This document shows positions 18,621 to 27,960 of a stretch of 64,000 nt of DNA, one piece after another; within the stretch, counting starts at the first letter, position 1, and every line of letters starts with the position of its first letter. Location: assembly GCA_034521025.1 (NCBI GenBank), contig JAXHMZ010000005.1:26352-90351 (forward strand), written 5' to 3'. The notes under the pieces were generated by a model. It did not search any database, had not been told where the DNA came from, and saw nothing but the letters and a program-made list of their open reading frames with translations. The translations under genes were made by a program, and so were the position numbers. The DNA is from Candidatus Campbellbacteria bacterium (GTDB taxonomy: Bacteria > Patescibacteriota > Minisyncoccia > Phycocordibacterales > JAXHMZ01).

Positions 18621-19190
18621 ATGCTTTCATACAACGAAGTCCGCGAAAGGTCTTACATAGTACACCAAGGCGAGCCCAACGAGGTATTGTCATCCAAGAT
18701 ATTCCGCAAGCAACAGCGCAAACCGGTCAATCAGATAAAGCTAAAAAACCTTATAACGGGCAAACAAACTGAAACGACAATACATCAATCAGAAAAGGTG
18801 GAACCGGCCTCCATTGAAACGAGAGATATAAAGTATCTGTACTCCAGACGTGGAGAAAGTTGGTTTTGCGAAGTCGATGATCCGAGCGACCGTTTTTCTA
18901 TTCCTGACGAAAGGATCGAGGACAGCAAACCATTCATCCGTGAAGACGATATTGTTACCGCGCTAATATACGAAGACGAGGTAGTCGGGATCAAACTGCC
19001 GATCAAGGTGGAATTGGAAGTGAGAGAAGCGCCACCCAATATCAAAGGAAACACTTCCTCCGGTGGCAATAAGTCCGTAACTCTGGAAACCGGATATACA
19101 GTAAACGCGCCCCTCTTTATCAATCCGGGTGATATATTGCGCATAAACACCGAAACCGGCGAATACGTCGAACGGGTTGAGAAAGCGTAG
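18621..19190 (+). CDS. efp: Elongation factor P
   Basis: 'IKLKNLITGKQTETTIHQSEKVEPASIETRDIKYLY' EF-P family; loop 'RKQQRKPVNQ' atypical. Confidence 0.8.
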   Translation: MLSYNEVRERSYIVHQGEPNEVLSSKIFRKQQRKPVNQIKLKNLITGKQTETTIHQSEKVEPASIETRDIKYLYSRRGESWFCEVDDPSDRFSIPDERIEDSKPFIREDDIVTALIYEDEVVGIKLPIKVELEVREAPPNIKGNTSSGGNKSVTLETGYTVNAPLFINPGDILRINTETGEYVERVEKA

Positions 19191-19192
19191 TC

Positions 19193-19225
19193 AATAAAAA
19201 ACAAGACCGCCATATCCGGCGGTTT
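19193..19225. terminator. Bidirectional terminator between efp and rpsR (ccgccatatccggcgg hairpin + T-run)
   Basis: Seen in sequence between convergent genes. Confidence 0.65.
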
Positions 19226-19253
19226 TGTTTTTGCTAGATAGATAGGATCTATC

Positions 19254-19487
19254 CTATTTAGCCACGTAAGGCATCAACGCCATAAAGCGCGCCCTCTTGA
19301 TAGCTGAAGCTATCAGGCGCTGATTACGAGCGGAAACTCTTGTTTTGTGTTTGGGTACAATGCGCGCGTGCGTATCTACGAACTGTTCAAGAACGTCCAC
19401 GTCTTTGTAGTCTACGTACTTCACTCGATTGGAATTGAAGTATTGGCTTTGCTTTGCTCTTTTTTCTTTAGTAGTTGTGTTCTGCAT
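19254..19487 (-). CDS. rpsR: Ribosomal protein S18
   Basis: 'RVKYVDYKDVDVLEQFV..RIVPKHKTRVSARNQRLIASAIKRARFMALMPY'. Confidence 0.9.
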   Translation of the reverse strand: MQNTTTKEKRAKQSQYFNSNRVKYVDYKDVDVLEQFVDTHARIVPKHKTRVSARNQRLIASAIKRARFMALMPYVAK

Positions 19488-19509
19488 ATTATTCTTACTT
19501 TATTCAATA

Positions 19510-19998
19510 CTAAAACGGAATATCGTCCGGATTAATATCGTCTTCCGGATATTCTATAGTGTCTAGCTCTTCTCCCCCGTTCTGATTACCTCCCGAGTTG
19601 CTACTACTTCCTCCGGATTGATCGCTCGACTGATCATTGTCATTTTGGTTGTAATTGTCACCGCTTCCGGCTCCGGCTTTGTTGCCGAATTGTACGCGAT
19701 CGGCAACGATCTCGGTTCGATACCGCTTTTGTCCATCATTGCCTTCCCACGATCGGGTCTGAATTCGGCCTTCGATCATTACCTGCTGGCCTTTTTTAAG
19801 ATACTGAGCCGACGTTTCGGCTTGCCTGCCAAATACCACTATATTGTGAAATTCTGTCGCTTCTTGCCTCGCGCCGTCCTTCATCCAAACTCTGTTGGTA
19901 GCCACGCCGAACGTAGTCACTTTTGCCCCCGACGGCAGAGATTTTAGTTCCGGATCGCGGGTAAGGTTTCCAACTATGATTGCTTTATTTAGATACAT
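19510..19998 (-). CDS. ssb: Single-stranded DNA-binding protein
   Basis: OB-fold 'KAIIVGNLTRDPELK..FHNIVVFGRQAE', G/N/Q-rich tail ending 'DDIPF'. Confidence 0.9.
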   Translation of the reverse strand: MYLNKAIIVGNLTRDPELKSLPSGAKVTTFGVATNRVWMKDGARQEATEFHNIVVFGRQAETSAQYLKKGQQVMIEGRIQTRSWEGNDGQKRYRTEIVADRVQFGNKAGAGSGDNYNQNDNDQSSDQSGGSSSNSGGNQNGGEELDTIEYPEDDINPDDIPF

Positions 19999-20002
19999 AC
20001 TT

Positions 20003-20437
20003 TTATTCTATCACGAGATCATCAATTGTCTTGTCCATCTCCTCCTCGGAGACTTCTTCTTCGTCCGGTTCTTCTTCCTCTTTCTCTGTATTTATCCTGG
20101 TATCTTCACGAAGTGTTTTTACAACTATATGACGAAGAACTTCGTCAATATTTCGCACCTCTTGATCTATCTGCCCTATCTTGTCAGTGGCTGATTCGAA
20201 TTTGATCCAGCCAAAATATGCCGTGTCAAAATCCTCTCTTCCACCTTTTACTTTCTTGGAGATCGGATACGCGAGTTCTATTAGCTTTGGGAACTCCTCG
20301 GAAACTATCTCCGCGCTCGCGTCATCCAAAATAGACTTGATCTTAGACACGTGAGACGCAACCTCGTCTTCTGATACGAGGGGGATGAGATGGAAACCGA
20401 TCTCGTAAACGACTCCTTCTGTGTTTTTATCATTCAT
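20003..20437 (-). CDS. rpsF: Ribosomal protein S6 with acidic C-terminal tail
   Basis: 'VYEIGFHLIPLVSEDEV..IKFESATDKIGQIDQEVRNIDEVLRHIVVKT'; rpsF-ssb-rpsR order. Confidence 0.8.
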   Translation of the reverse strand: MNDKNTEGVVYEIGFHLIPLVSEDEVASHVSKIKSILDDASAEIVSEEFPKLIELAYPISKKVKGGREDFDTAYFGWIKFESATDKIGQIDQEVRNIDEVLRHIVVKTLREDTRINTEKEEEEPDEEEVSEEEMDKTIDDLVIE

Positions 20438-20514
20438 ACTGGGCTACTCTAGCACAGAGACAGTCTGGTTTCAATAGTTTGTACTAGATGAGTACACCAT
20501 TAAATAGCGCCTTT

Positions 20515-20535
20515 GAACAACTTCGGAAGTTGTTC
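20515..20535. repeat. Hairpin gaacaacttc-g-gaagttgttc in the rpsF upstream leader
   Basis: 10-nt inverted repeat seen directly. Confidence 0.7.
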
Positions 20536-20546
20536 AACAACCAAAA

Positions 20547-20584
20547 GGTGTCAACCTGCCAGGTCGACCTGGCAGGTTGACACC
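20547..20584. repeat. 38-nt perfect palindrome ggtgtcaacctgccaggtc|gacctggcaggttgacacc (centre GTCGAC)
   Basis: Exact reverse-complement symmetry of 19+19 nt verified by eye; single copy in window. Confidence 0.9.
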
Positions 20585-20590
20585 TCAATT

Positions 20591-20618
20591 AATGCTTCAA
20601 TCTATAGATTGAAGCATT
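20591..20618. repeat. Perfect palindrome copy 2 (aatgcttcaatctatagattgaagcatt)
   Basis: Identical to 71..98 and 51144..51171; between tatD 3' end and rpsF 5' region. Confidence 0.9.
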
Positions 20619-20638
20619 TAGAATGGCTAATTACAGCC

Positions 20639-21439
20639 CTACGGCCGGTTTAATCCAAAATCACGGCGCGCGTTGGAGAGAAGCTGTTTTCGTACTTTTT
20701 CCCTATCTTCTCCGCGAATGTCCGCGATCCTATCGTAGACGTATTTTACAAAGGTTGGCTCATTGCGCTTGCCTCGATTGGGCACGGGAGCGACAAAAGG
20801 CGCGTCGGTTTCACCGTGGATCTTGTCGAGTGGCGCGAATTCGATCGGCTCGTTGTAATTATCCGTGAAAGTAATAACTCCGGTAAAAGAGATGGTGAAA
20901 TCTATTTCTAGATATCGCCGAGCGTTTTCGAGCGACTGAGTGAAAAAATGCACGTTTCCGCGAAGGCGGTCGCCATGTTCCCTTTTCTTGCTTTCAAGAA
21001 AAGACACCGTGTCTTCGTCGGCGTCTCGGGTGTGTATCATTACCGGCAGATCATTCAGAACAGCAAAATCTACCTGCGCCTCAAAGTTCTTCTCCTGTAG
21101 ACGTTTTGCCTTCTCGATGTCGCCCTCAAGGTGAGAGTAGTCAAATCCGCACTCCCCGATAGAGACTACCTTTTCTGATCTTAGCAATCTCTCAAATGTT
21201 TCTCGCTTGTCTTCAAATAGCTCGCTTGAGTCTCCCGGATGTATACCTATTGAAGTAAAAATATTGTCGTTGTTCTCGGAGAGCTCTACTTCTTCTACGC
21301 TGGTGGCAGAATCTATCCCTATAGATATAGTAGCTACTCCCTCTTCGTTCATTCGGGACAATAACTCTTCGCGATCTTCATCATAGCTATCAAAATGCAG
21401 ATGGGAATGAATATCAATGTATTTTATTGCGTTTTCCAT
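20639..21439 (-). CDS. TatD-family metal-dependent hydrolase/DNase
   Basis: 'IDIHSHLHFDSYDED' N-terminal His motif, TatD pattern throughout. Confidence 0.8.
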   Translation of the reverse strand: MENAIKYIDIHSHLHFDSYDEDREELLSRMNEEGVATISIGIDSATSVEEVELSENNDNIFTSIGIHPGDSSELFEDKRETFERLLRSEKVVSIGECGFDYSHLEGDIEKAKRLQEKNFEAQVDFAVLNDLPVMIHTRDADEDTVSFLESKKREHGDRLRGNVHFFTQSLENARRYLEIDFTISFTGVITFTDNYNEPIEFAPLDKIHGETDAPFVAPVPNRGKRNEPTFVKYVYDRIADIRGEDREKVRKQLLSNARRDFGLNRP

Positions 21440-21486
21440 ACCTTAGAAATTAGTAATTTTTGTCACAATACGAGCATACTATCACA

Positions 21487-22637
21487 TCACTTGTCCCCTT
21501 TTCGACGGAAATACTTTTTGCCGGACAGTTTATCCGGTAAAAAACTCGCCTGCTTGCCTTTTTTGTCGGGATACATTTCGTAATCCTTGCCGTATCCTTC
21601 CTTTTTCATAAGCTCGGTCGGTGCATTGCGGATGTGCAATGGAATTGCCAGATTCCCGTATTTTTCGGCATCAGCCAGGACGGCTTTATAAGCGTCGTAG
21701 GCACTGCGATCTTTTTTCGCGGAGGCCAAGTAAGAGACCCCGTGAGCGAGATTTATCCCCGCCTCCGGCAGGCCGACTGTCTCAACCGCGCGGAAAACGG
21801 CGTTTGCCACCACCAGAGCTGTCGGTTGCGCCAACCCGATGTCTTCGGAGGCAAAAATGACCATTCGCCTGGCTATGAACTTTGGATCCTCTCCGGCCGA
21901 GATCATTCGCGCGAGGTAATACATAGCGGCATCTTTATCACCGGCTCGCATGCTTTTTATAAACGCACTTATAGTATTATAGTGCTCCTCGCCGGCGCGA
22001 TCGTAGCGCAAATTCTTCATCGCAGTTGCCTCCAGACTCTCCAGGTTTATTTCACCGTAAAGCGAGTATGTATTTTCCAAAAGCATCAAGACTTCCCTCG
22101 CATCACCGTTCGAGAAATTCAAAAGATACTCTCGGGCTTCGTCGCTTATATCTATATCCGCCCTATCAATGATGCGGCTGATCTCCTCCTCGGTGAGCTG
22201 GTTCAAAGAAAAAACTCTGACTCGAGACAAAAGAGGAGAGATTATCTCAAAGGAAGGATTCTCCGTGGTAGCACCTATGAGAACTATTTCACCGGACTCC
22301 ACATACGGCAAGAAGATAGTCTTGCTGTGCTTTATTGAAACGATGTATCTCATCTAGAAAAAGAACTTTTACTCCCACCATCTTTCGCGATTACGTTCTT
22401 TATGTCGGCCTTACCGGCGGATACCGCTGAAAGTTCAAAAAAGTCCGCGCCGATCGCTTCCGCGTAGATTCGCGCAATCGTGGTTTTGCCCACCCCCGGC
22501 GGCCCCCAAAGGATAAAGGAAAATATCTTTTTCTCCTTTATAGCGTGATACAAGGGCTTCCCTTTGCCGGTAAGGTGATCTTGACCTATAAATTCGTCTA
22601 AATTTTTTGGTCTTATTTTTGCAGCTAAGGGTTCCAT
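21487..22637 (-). pseudogene. rarA: Recombination-associated ATPase RarA/MgsA, split into two ORFs (22350..22637 and 21487..22353) by a frameshift at an A5 run; ATGA overlap
   Basis: N fragment 'LAAKIRPKNLDEFIGQDHL..ILWGPPGVGKTTIARI'; C fragment 'IGATTENPSFE..GDAREVLMLLE'; the Walker-B position reads VSIKHSK instead of DEIHRFNK. Confidence 0.7.
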
Positions 22638-22705
22638 AACCCGATATTACGCCTTTGCAGCAAAAAATAAAGTACAAAGTTTTGCTTTGTACTTTATTTT
22701 TCTTT

Positions 22706-24148
22706 TTATTTCCTGGGAAAAAGAGGTTCGGGCATTTCTCTTTCTTCCAGTAGTTCGCGGATCCTCTTCCCTGTCTCCGGCATTGCTACTGTTAGAAGCG
22801 CGGCAATGTCGCCGAGACGTATAGCTAAGTACGCCACTGTTTCTTTAGCTTTGTCCGGATCGGTTTTTATCAGCTTGAATGGTTCTTCTTCTTGGATGAT
22901 CTCATCTAACTCGGACATTTCCCTCCACAGATAATCCATAGCTCGATTGAATTCATAAGCATCCAATAATTCTCTGAATTCTTTAGACTCTTCTGAAAGA
23001 TAAATATCTTCAACGGTCTCGAGACTGACTTCTACTTCGTATTGGATATACATTTTGAGTATGCGAGACACCAAGTTACCCAGGCCATTTGTAAGGTTTC
23101 CGTTATAGCTTTCGCCAAACGACTCTACGCTCATACTGGAATCCTCGAAAGGATGCACGTGGCGCAATAGATAATAACGCAATGCCTCAGCGCTGAAAGA
23201 GTTGACCAGATCAAGCGGGTCTATCACGTTGCCGAGGGATTTTGACATCTTTTCGCCGTCGTTGAGAATAAAGCCGTGGATAACCACTTGTTTTGAAGGC
23301 TCTATTCCCGCCGCCATCAACATTGCCTGCCACATAGCTGACTGCTGTCGGAGATTGTCTTTGCCCGCGAACTGGATAACCGGCCAAAACGAATTAAAGG
23401 TCTCTTCCTCGTCAGGCCACCCCAGGGTAGAAATATAGTTGACCAAAGCATCAAACCAGACGTACATTACATGCTCTTCGTCATCCGGCACTTCAACACC
23501 CCAAGGCATCTTCTCTTTGAGGCGCGAAATTGAAAAATCATTTAAGCCACGCTCGGTAAACAACTTTATCTCATTCAATCGATAGTCCGGCAAAACAAAA
23601 TCCGGCCTTTCCTCGTAGAGCTTTATAAGATCTTCGGCAAAACGTGAAAAAGTGAAAAAGTAATTCTCTTCGTCTATGAGCTCTATCTCCATATTAGGGT
23701 GAACCGGACAACGGCCGTTGACCAACTCGGAATCGGTCTTCTCCAACTCACATCCCACGCAATATTTTACTCTATAATGTTTTTTATATATAAAGCCGCC
23801 CTCTTTGGCTTTTTTCCAAAATTCGCGCGCGGCGTGTTTGTGATAGGAGTCCGTGGTACGAATAAAGTTCGTATAATCTATGTTGAGCTCATCGGCAAAA
23901 GAACGGAATCTCTCGGCGTATTGGTCCACATATTCTTGTGGCTCTAGATCGTTCTCTTCTGCTTTTCGCAATACTTTGAGTCCGTGCTCATCGGTTCCGA
24001 TATTGAAGAATGTCTCATATCCGGATAATCGGGAGTGACGCACAAAACAATCGGCTTGCACGAATTCAAGCGCGTGCCCCAAGTGAGGGTCGGCATTAAC
24101 ATATGGCAACGTAGTAGTAACGTATCTGGTATTGGCTTTTTCTGACAT
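22706..24148 (-). CDS. metG: Methionyl-tRNA synthetase
   Basis: 'PYVNADPHLGHALE' HIGH-type and 'EKMSKSLGNVIDP' KMSKS. Confidence 0.9.
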   Translation of the reverse strand: MSEKANTRYVTTTLPYVNADPHLGHALEFVQADCFVRHSRLSGYETFFNIGTDEHGLKVLRKAEENDLEPQEYVDQYAERFRSFADELNIDYTNFIRTTDSYHKHAAREFWKKAKEGGFIYKKHYRVKYCVGCELEKTDSELVNGRCPVHPNMEIELIDEENYFFTFSRFAEDLIKLYEERPDFVLPDYRLNEIKLFTERGLNDFSISRLKEKMPWGVEVPDDEEHVMYVWFDALVNYISTLGWPDEEETFNSFWPVIQFAGKDNLRQQSAMWQAMLMAAGIEPSKQVVIHGFILNDGEKMSKSLGNVIDPLDLVNSFSAEALRYYLLRHVHPFEDSSMSVESFGESYNGNLTNGLGNLVSRILKMYIQYEVEVSLETVEDIYLSEESKEFRELLDAYEFNRAMDYLWREMSELDEIIQEEEPFKLIKTDPDKAKETVAYLAIRLGDIAALLTVAMPETGKRIRELLEEREMPEPLFPRK

Positions 24149-24171
24149 TATCTTTTTTGTTTACTTATCTA

Positions 24172-25272
24172 CTAGGTGGGAATTTCTCTTTCGCTTTCTT
24201 CATCTTCTTCATTGTTACCTTCTAGCTCTTTTGTTTCTTTCTCTTTTTTGCCACTATTCTGCATATCTGTAATGAATTCGACAAGAACCGCCGAAACAGG
24301 TACGGCCAATATAACACCGAGAAAGCCAGCAAGCTTAGCTCCAATACCAACAGCCATAATGATCACGATCGGCGATACTCCAACCGCCCTTCCTACCACC
24401 AGTGGATATACAAAATTGCCTTCAATTGCTTGAACTAATATAAAGAGCACTACCACTAAAACTCCCAAAACAAGTCCGCCTTCTACCAAACCAACGATAG
24501 CGGCCGGTATGGTCATAAGCGTAGGACCAACGATCGGTATAAAATTCAAAAGACCCGAAAGAACGGCAAAGAAGAACGCATAAGGAACTCCGAGTATCAA
24601 CAGCCCCGTATAGACCAACAGCCCAACCAGAGCGGAAGAAACCAAGGTACCCTGAAACCACTTTCCGATCTTTCTCTGAGAGTTTTTCCATAGATTTGCC
24701 ACGTATTCAGAATATTGCGCCGGCGTTACATAGGCGAGAAAATTATCAACGCCATTTTTCTGAATAGAAAGATAGAACGAAATAGTTAGAATCAGGATAA
24801 AGTTAAACAGCCCTCCAAAAACAGTCGCGATACTGCCCAAAATACCATCCGTAAGATTACTCATCATATTACGAATACCTTCCGTGAGGTTCTCGAGGGA
24901 AAGTACCTCTACGTCTTCACTGTTGGCTACCTCCGAAAGCTCGGAAGAATATTCGGGTACCGAATTCAAAAAACCGGAAACTTCGCTCGCCAATATGGGA
25001 ACAAAGTAGTAGAAAAACAGAACAAACATTCCTATGGCAGTCGCGTAAATAATACCGGCAGAAACAACTCTGGGTATTTTTCTCTCTACTAAAAGATCCA
25101 CGGCAGGACTAGCGGCGGAAGCGAGAACAACCGCTACTAAAAGAATGAGTAGAATATCACGAACGACAAAAAGCAGAAGGATGCTTATAACAACCACCGC
25201 CGCTCTGATCATTGTTGCCGTATCAATGGAAATGACAGTTTTGTTATTCATACCCAAATTGTAGCACGTCAA
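24172..25272 (-). CDS. AI-2E family (PerM/UPF0118) transporter
   Basis: 8 TM helices, 'LLNFIPIVGPTLMTIPAAIVGLVEGG' family signature. Confidence 0.75.
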   Translation of the reverse strand: MTCYNLGMNNKTVISIDTATMIRAAVVVISILLLFVVRDILLILLVAVVLASAASPAVDLLVERKIPRVVSAGIIYATAIGMFVLFFYYFVPILASEVSGFLNSVPEYSSELSEVANSEDVEVLSLENLTEGIRNMMSNLTDGILGSIATVFGGLFNFILILTISFYLSIQKNGVDNFLAYVTPAQYSEYVANLWKNSQRKIGKWFQGTLVSSALVGLLVYTGLLILGVPYAFFFAVLSGLLNFIPIVGPTLMTIPAAIVGLVEGGLVLGVLVVVLFILVQAIEGNFVYPLVVGRAVGVSPIVIIMAVGIGAKLAGFLGVILAVPVSAVLVEFITDMQNSGKKEKETKELEGNNEEDEESEREIPT

Positions 25273-25303
25273 TTTTGTTAGTCATCTGTAATAACCAAGA
25301 AAA

Positions 25304-26581
25304 TTACTTCTCTAATAAGATCTTATTGAAACTGTTTTCTGTGCTATGGTTTCCAATTATCGCCAAGTTGAGTCTCTCGGGTGAGAAATATTTCTTAGCA
25401 ACACGCCGTACATCTTCGGCGGAAACAGCATTGATCTCCTTTTTTATTTCTTCAATGCTTTTTCTCTCTTTTTTCAAAACCTCTCTAAGTCCGTAAAACC
25501 TCGCCAAAGAATCGGAGGTCTCAAGCCCCAAAAGCAAGCGTCCTAAAATATACTCTTTGGCCTTATTAAGCTCTTCTTCAGAAACTACCTCCTCTCTTAA
25601 TTTCCTCAGTTCTTCCGTCAATATCGAGACAACCTCTTTTGCGCGAGAACGAGTTACGCCGGCAAATATCGCTCCTATTCCATGGTCACTCCCCAGGTGG
25701 AGACCTGAACCGGCGTAATACGCAACTCCCATTTCCTCACGCAACTTCTGAGAGACGCGAGAGCTCATACCGCCGCCCAAAATAGTATCAAACAAGTGAA
25801 GAGGTGAAGCGTCCTTATGGTCAAGCGATACGGTCTCACTTCCCAGGATCAAGTGGGTTTGGTCTGTTTTCTTGCGCTCCAGGTGAAGTCGTGGCTCTTT
25901 TTGTTTGAAATGTACTTTTGGTTTTTTGGCCTCCTTTCCTTTCTCTAATCCCTTGAAAAGAGCGCTAATAGTATCAACGACTTTTTCTTTTTTGATGTCT
26001 CCGGCTACCACAATTACGGTATTGTTGGCTTTGTAATAACGATCAACAAACGAGACAAAATCACGTCGAGAAAAGTTTTTTATCGTGTCCTTGTTCCCTA
26101 GTATATCCCGACCAGCCGGCTGATCACCATAAATAAGCGAGACAAAATTATCATAGACTTTGTCTTGGGGCGTGTCTCGATACATATTGATCTCTTCTAG
26201 AATGACCCCTCTTTCCATATTTATATCTTCTTCGCGCAGAGCCGGATTCAAGGTCATATCGGCAAGTACCTCGGTAACTTTTTCAAAATGTCTTTTCGCT
26301 GCCTTGATATAGTAGCCGGTATATTCGTGAGACGTAAAAGCATTGTAACCGGCTCCGATGCTGTCGAGCTCGAGTGAAATGTCCATAGCGCGCGGACGCT
26401 TCTCCGTGCCCTTAAATATCATATGCTCGAGAAAGTGGGATAAGCCACTTTCGTTTTTGCGCTCAAATTCAGAACCTACGTTAACCAAGGTCATCACCGT
26501 CACTGCGGGGTTACCTTTTATGGGCACATATAGAATGCGCACTCCATTTTTGAGTTCTATTACTTCCTCTTTTGCTGTCAT
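25304..26581 (-). CDS. M16-family zinc peptidase (insulinase-like)
   Basis: Inverted zinc motif 'HFLEHMIFKGT' (HxxEH). Confidence 0.8.
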   Translation of the reverse strand: MTAKEEVIELKNGVRILYVPIKGNPAVTVMTLVNVGSEFERKNESGLSHFLEHMIFKGTEKRPRAMDISLELDSIGAGYNAFTSHEYTGYYIKAAKRHFEKVTEVLADMTLNPALREEDINMERGVILEEINMYRDTPQDKVYDNFVSLIYGDQPAGRDILGNKDTIKNFSRRDFVSFVDRYYKANNTVIVVAGDIKKEKVVDTISALFKGLEKGKEAKKPKVHFKQKEPRLHLERKKTDQTHLILGSETVSLDHKDASPLHLFDTILGGGMSSRVSQKLREEMGVAYYAGSGLHLGSDHGIGAIFAGVTRSRAKEVVSILTEELRKLREEVVSEEELNKAKEYILGRLLLGLETSDSLARFYGLREVLKKERKSIEEIKKEINAVSAEDVRRVAKKYFSPERLNLAIIGNHSTENSFNKILLEK

Positions 26582-26583
26582 AA

Positions 26584-27960
26584 TTAACTATTTTTTATCT
26601 TGGCGATAATATCCGAAACCGCGACTCGCTCTTGCTCTCCCGTATCGCGATGGCGAACGGTCACCGAATCGTCTTCAAGAGTGTCAAAGTCAACGGTGAT
26701 ACAAAATGGCGTACCTATTTCATCCTGCCTGCGATAGCGTTTGCCGATATTACCGTTGTCGTCAAAATGAGTTGCCGGTATTTCTTTTTTGATCTCGGAG
26801 AAGATCTCTCTTGCTTTGGACGTAAGTTGCGGTTTGTTTTTGAGAAGCGGGAAAACAGCGACTTTCACTGGAGCGATCTCATAAGGGAGCTTTAGAAACA
26901 CGCGCGACTCCTCGCCTGTTTCATCCGTGGAATAAGCCGAGAGGAAAATTGCGAGCATAGTTCGTTCTATACCAAGAGAAGGTTCAATAACATGAGGAAC
27001 AAAACGCTCTCCCGATTCTTGGTCAAAATACTCCAGCTTCGCGCCCGAGTGCTCAATGTGACGCGAAAGGTCGTAATCCGTACGATAAGCAAGACCCCAC
27101 AGTTCTTTTTGGCCGAACGGATACTCAAACTCAAAATCTATAGTGCGTTTGCTATAGTGGGCGCGATCCGCTTCGCTCACTTCCACTTCGTGGAGTTTGT
27201 CCGGATCAATACCTACCCTTGAGGCGAACTCATTCATAATGTTCTGCCACTCACTAAAGTGCTCTGACCACTCCTCTTCGCGCACAAAATACTCTACCTC
27301 CATCTGTTCTAGCTCGCGTATGCGAAAAACAAAGTTACGAGGTGATATTTCGTTGCGAAAGGCCTTCCCAATTTGGGCTATCCCAAAAGGAAGCTTGGGA
27401 GAAAAAGAATCAAGTATATTTTTAAAATTAACAAAAATACTTTGCGCGGTCTCCGGGCGCAGGTAAGCTTCTCCTCTGGGACCGCTATCAGACCCCAATT
27501 GAGTTTTGAGCATTAGATTAAAATCGCGCGCCTCCGAGAGTGGGTTACCAGCCGGGCTTTTTATCTCTCCCTCTTCTATTGCTTCCGTCATATCTTCAGT
27601 TGACATACCTTCCGTGTCTACTCCAGCTTCTTCCAATAGATGGTCGGCGCGAAAACGCTCCCCGGTCTCTGTGTCTTCCGTGATGGGATCAGAAAAGCCG
27701 CCTACGTGTCCTGACGCTTCAAGCATTACTCTAGGCAGAACTATAGCTCCGTCTATGCCATATATATTTTCTCTTGAAGAGACAAACTGCTCCCACCATA
27801 CGCGCTTGATATTTTCTTTCATTGCCGCTCCGTACGGTCCGTAGTCAAAAAATCCGGCGACTCCGTCATAGATCAGAGCGGTTGGATAGATAAAACCACG
27901 ACGTTTCAGTAGTGCAACCAGTGTATCCATTTCTTCCTTTTTGTTTTCACTCATAGTCAC
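26584..27960 (-). CDS. glyQS: Glycyl-tRNA synthetase, alpha2 (eukaryote/archaeal-like) type
   Basis: 'LLKRRGFIYPTALIYDGVAGFFDYGPYGAAMKENIKRVWW' canonical GlyRS N-terminus. Confidence 0.9.
   Translation of the reverse strand: MTMSENKKEEMDTLVALLKRRGFIYPTALIYDGVAGFFDYGPYGAAMKENIKRVWWEQFVSSRENIYGIDGAIVLPRVMLEASGHVGGFSDPITEDTETGERFRADHLLEEAGVDTEGMSTEDMTEAIEEGEIKSPAGNPLSEARDFNLMLKTQLGSDSGPRGEAYLRPETAQSIFVNFKNILDSFSPKLPFGIAQIGKAFRNEISPRNFVFRIRELEQMEVEYFVREEEWSEHFSEWQNIMNEFASRVGIDPDKLHEVEVSEADRAHYSKRTIDFEFEYPFGQKELWGLAYRTDYDLSRHIEHSGAKLEYFDQESGERFVPHVIEPSLGIERTMLAIFLSAYSTDETGEESRVFLKLPYEIAPVKVAVFPLLKNKPQLTSKAREIFSEIKKEIPATHFDDNGNIGKRYRRQDEIGTPFCITVDFDTLEDDSVTVRHRDTGEQERVAVSDIIAKIKNS

Noticed and set aside
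22350-22353. Possible alternative genetic code (UGA read as Gly or Trp, as in some CPR lineages) explaining the rarA split
   Set aside because: The two rarA pieces are in different frames, so in-frame UGA readthrough does not join them. All long conserved ORFs (ileS 1220 aa, argS, metG, recA, ftsK) are intact under the standard code.
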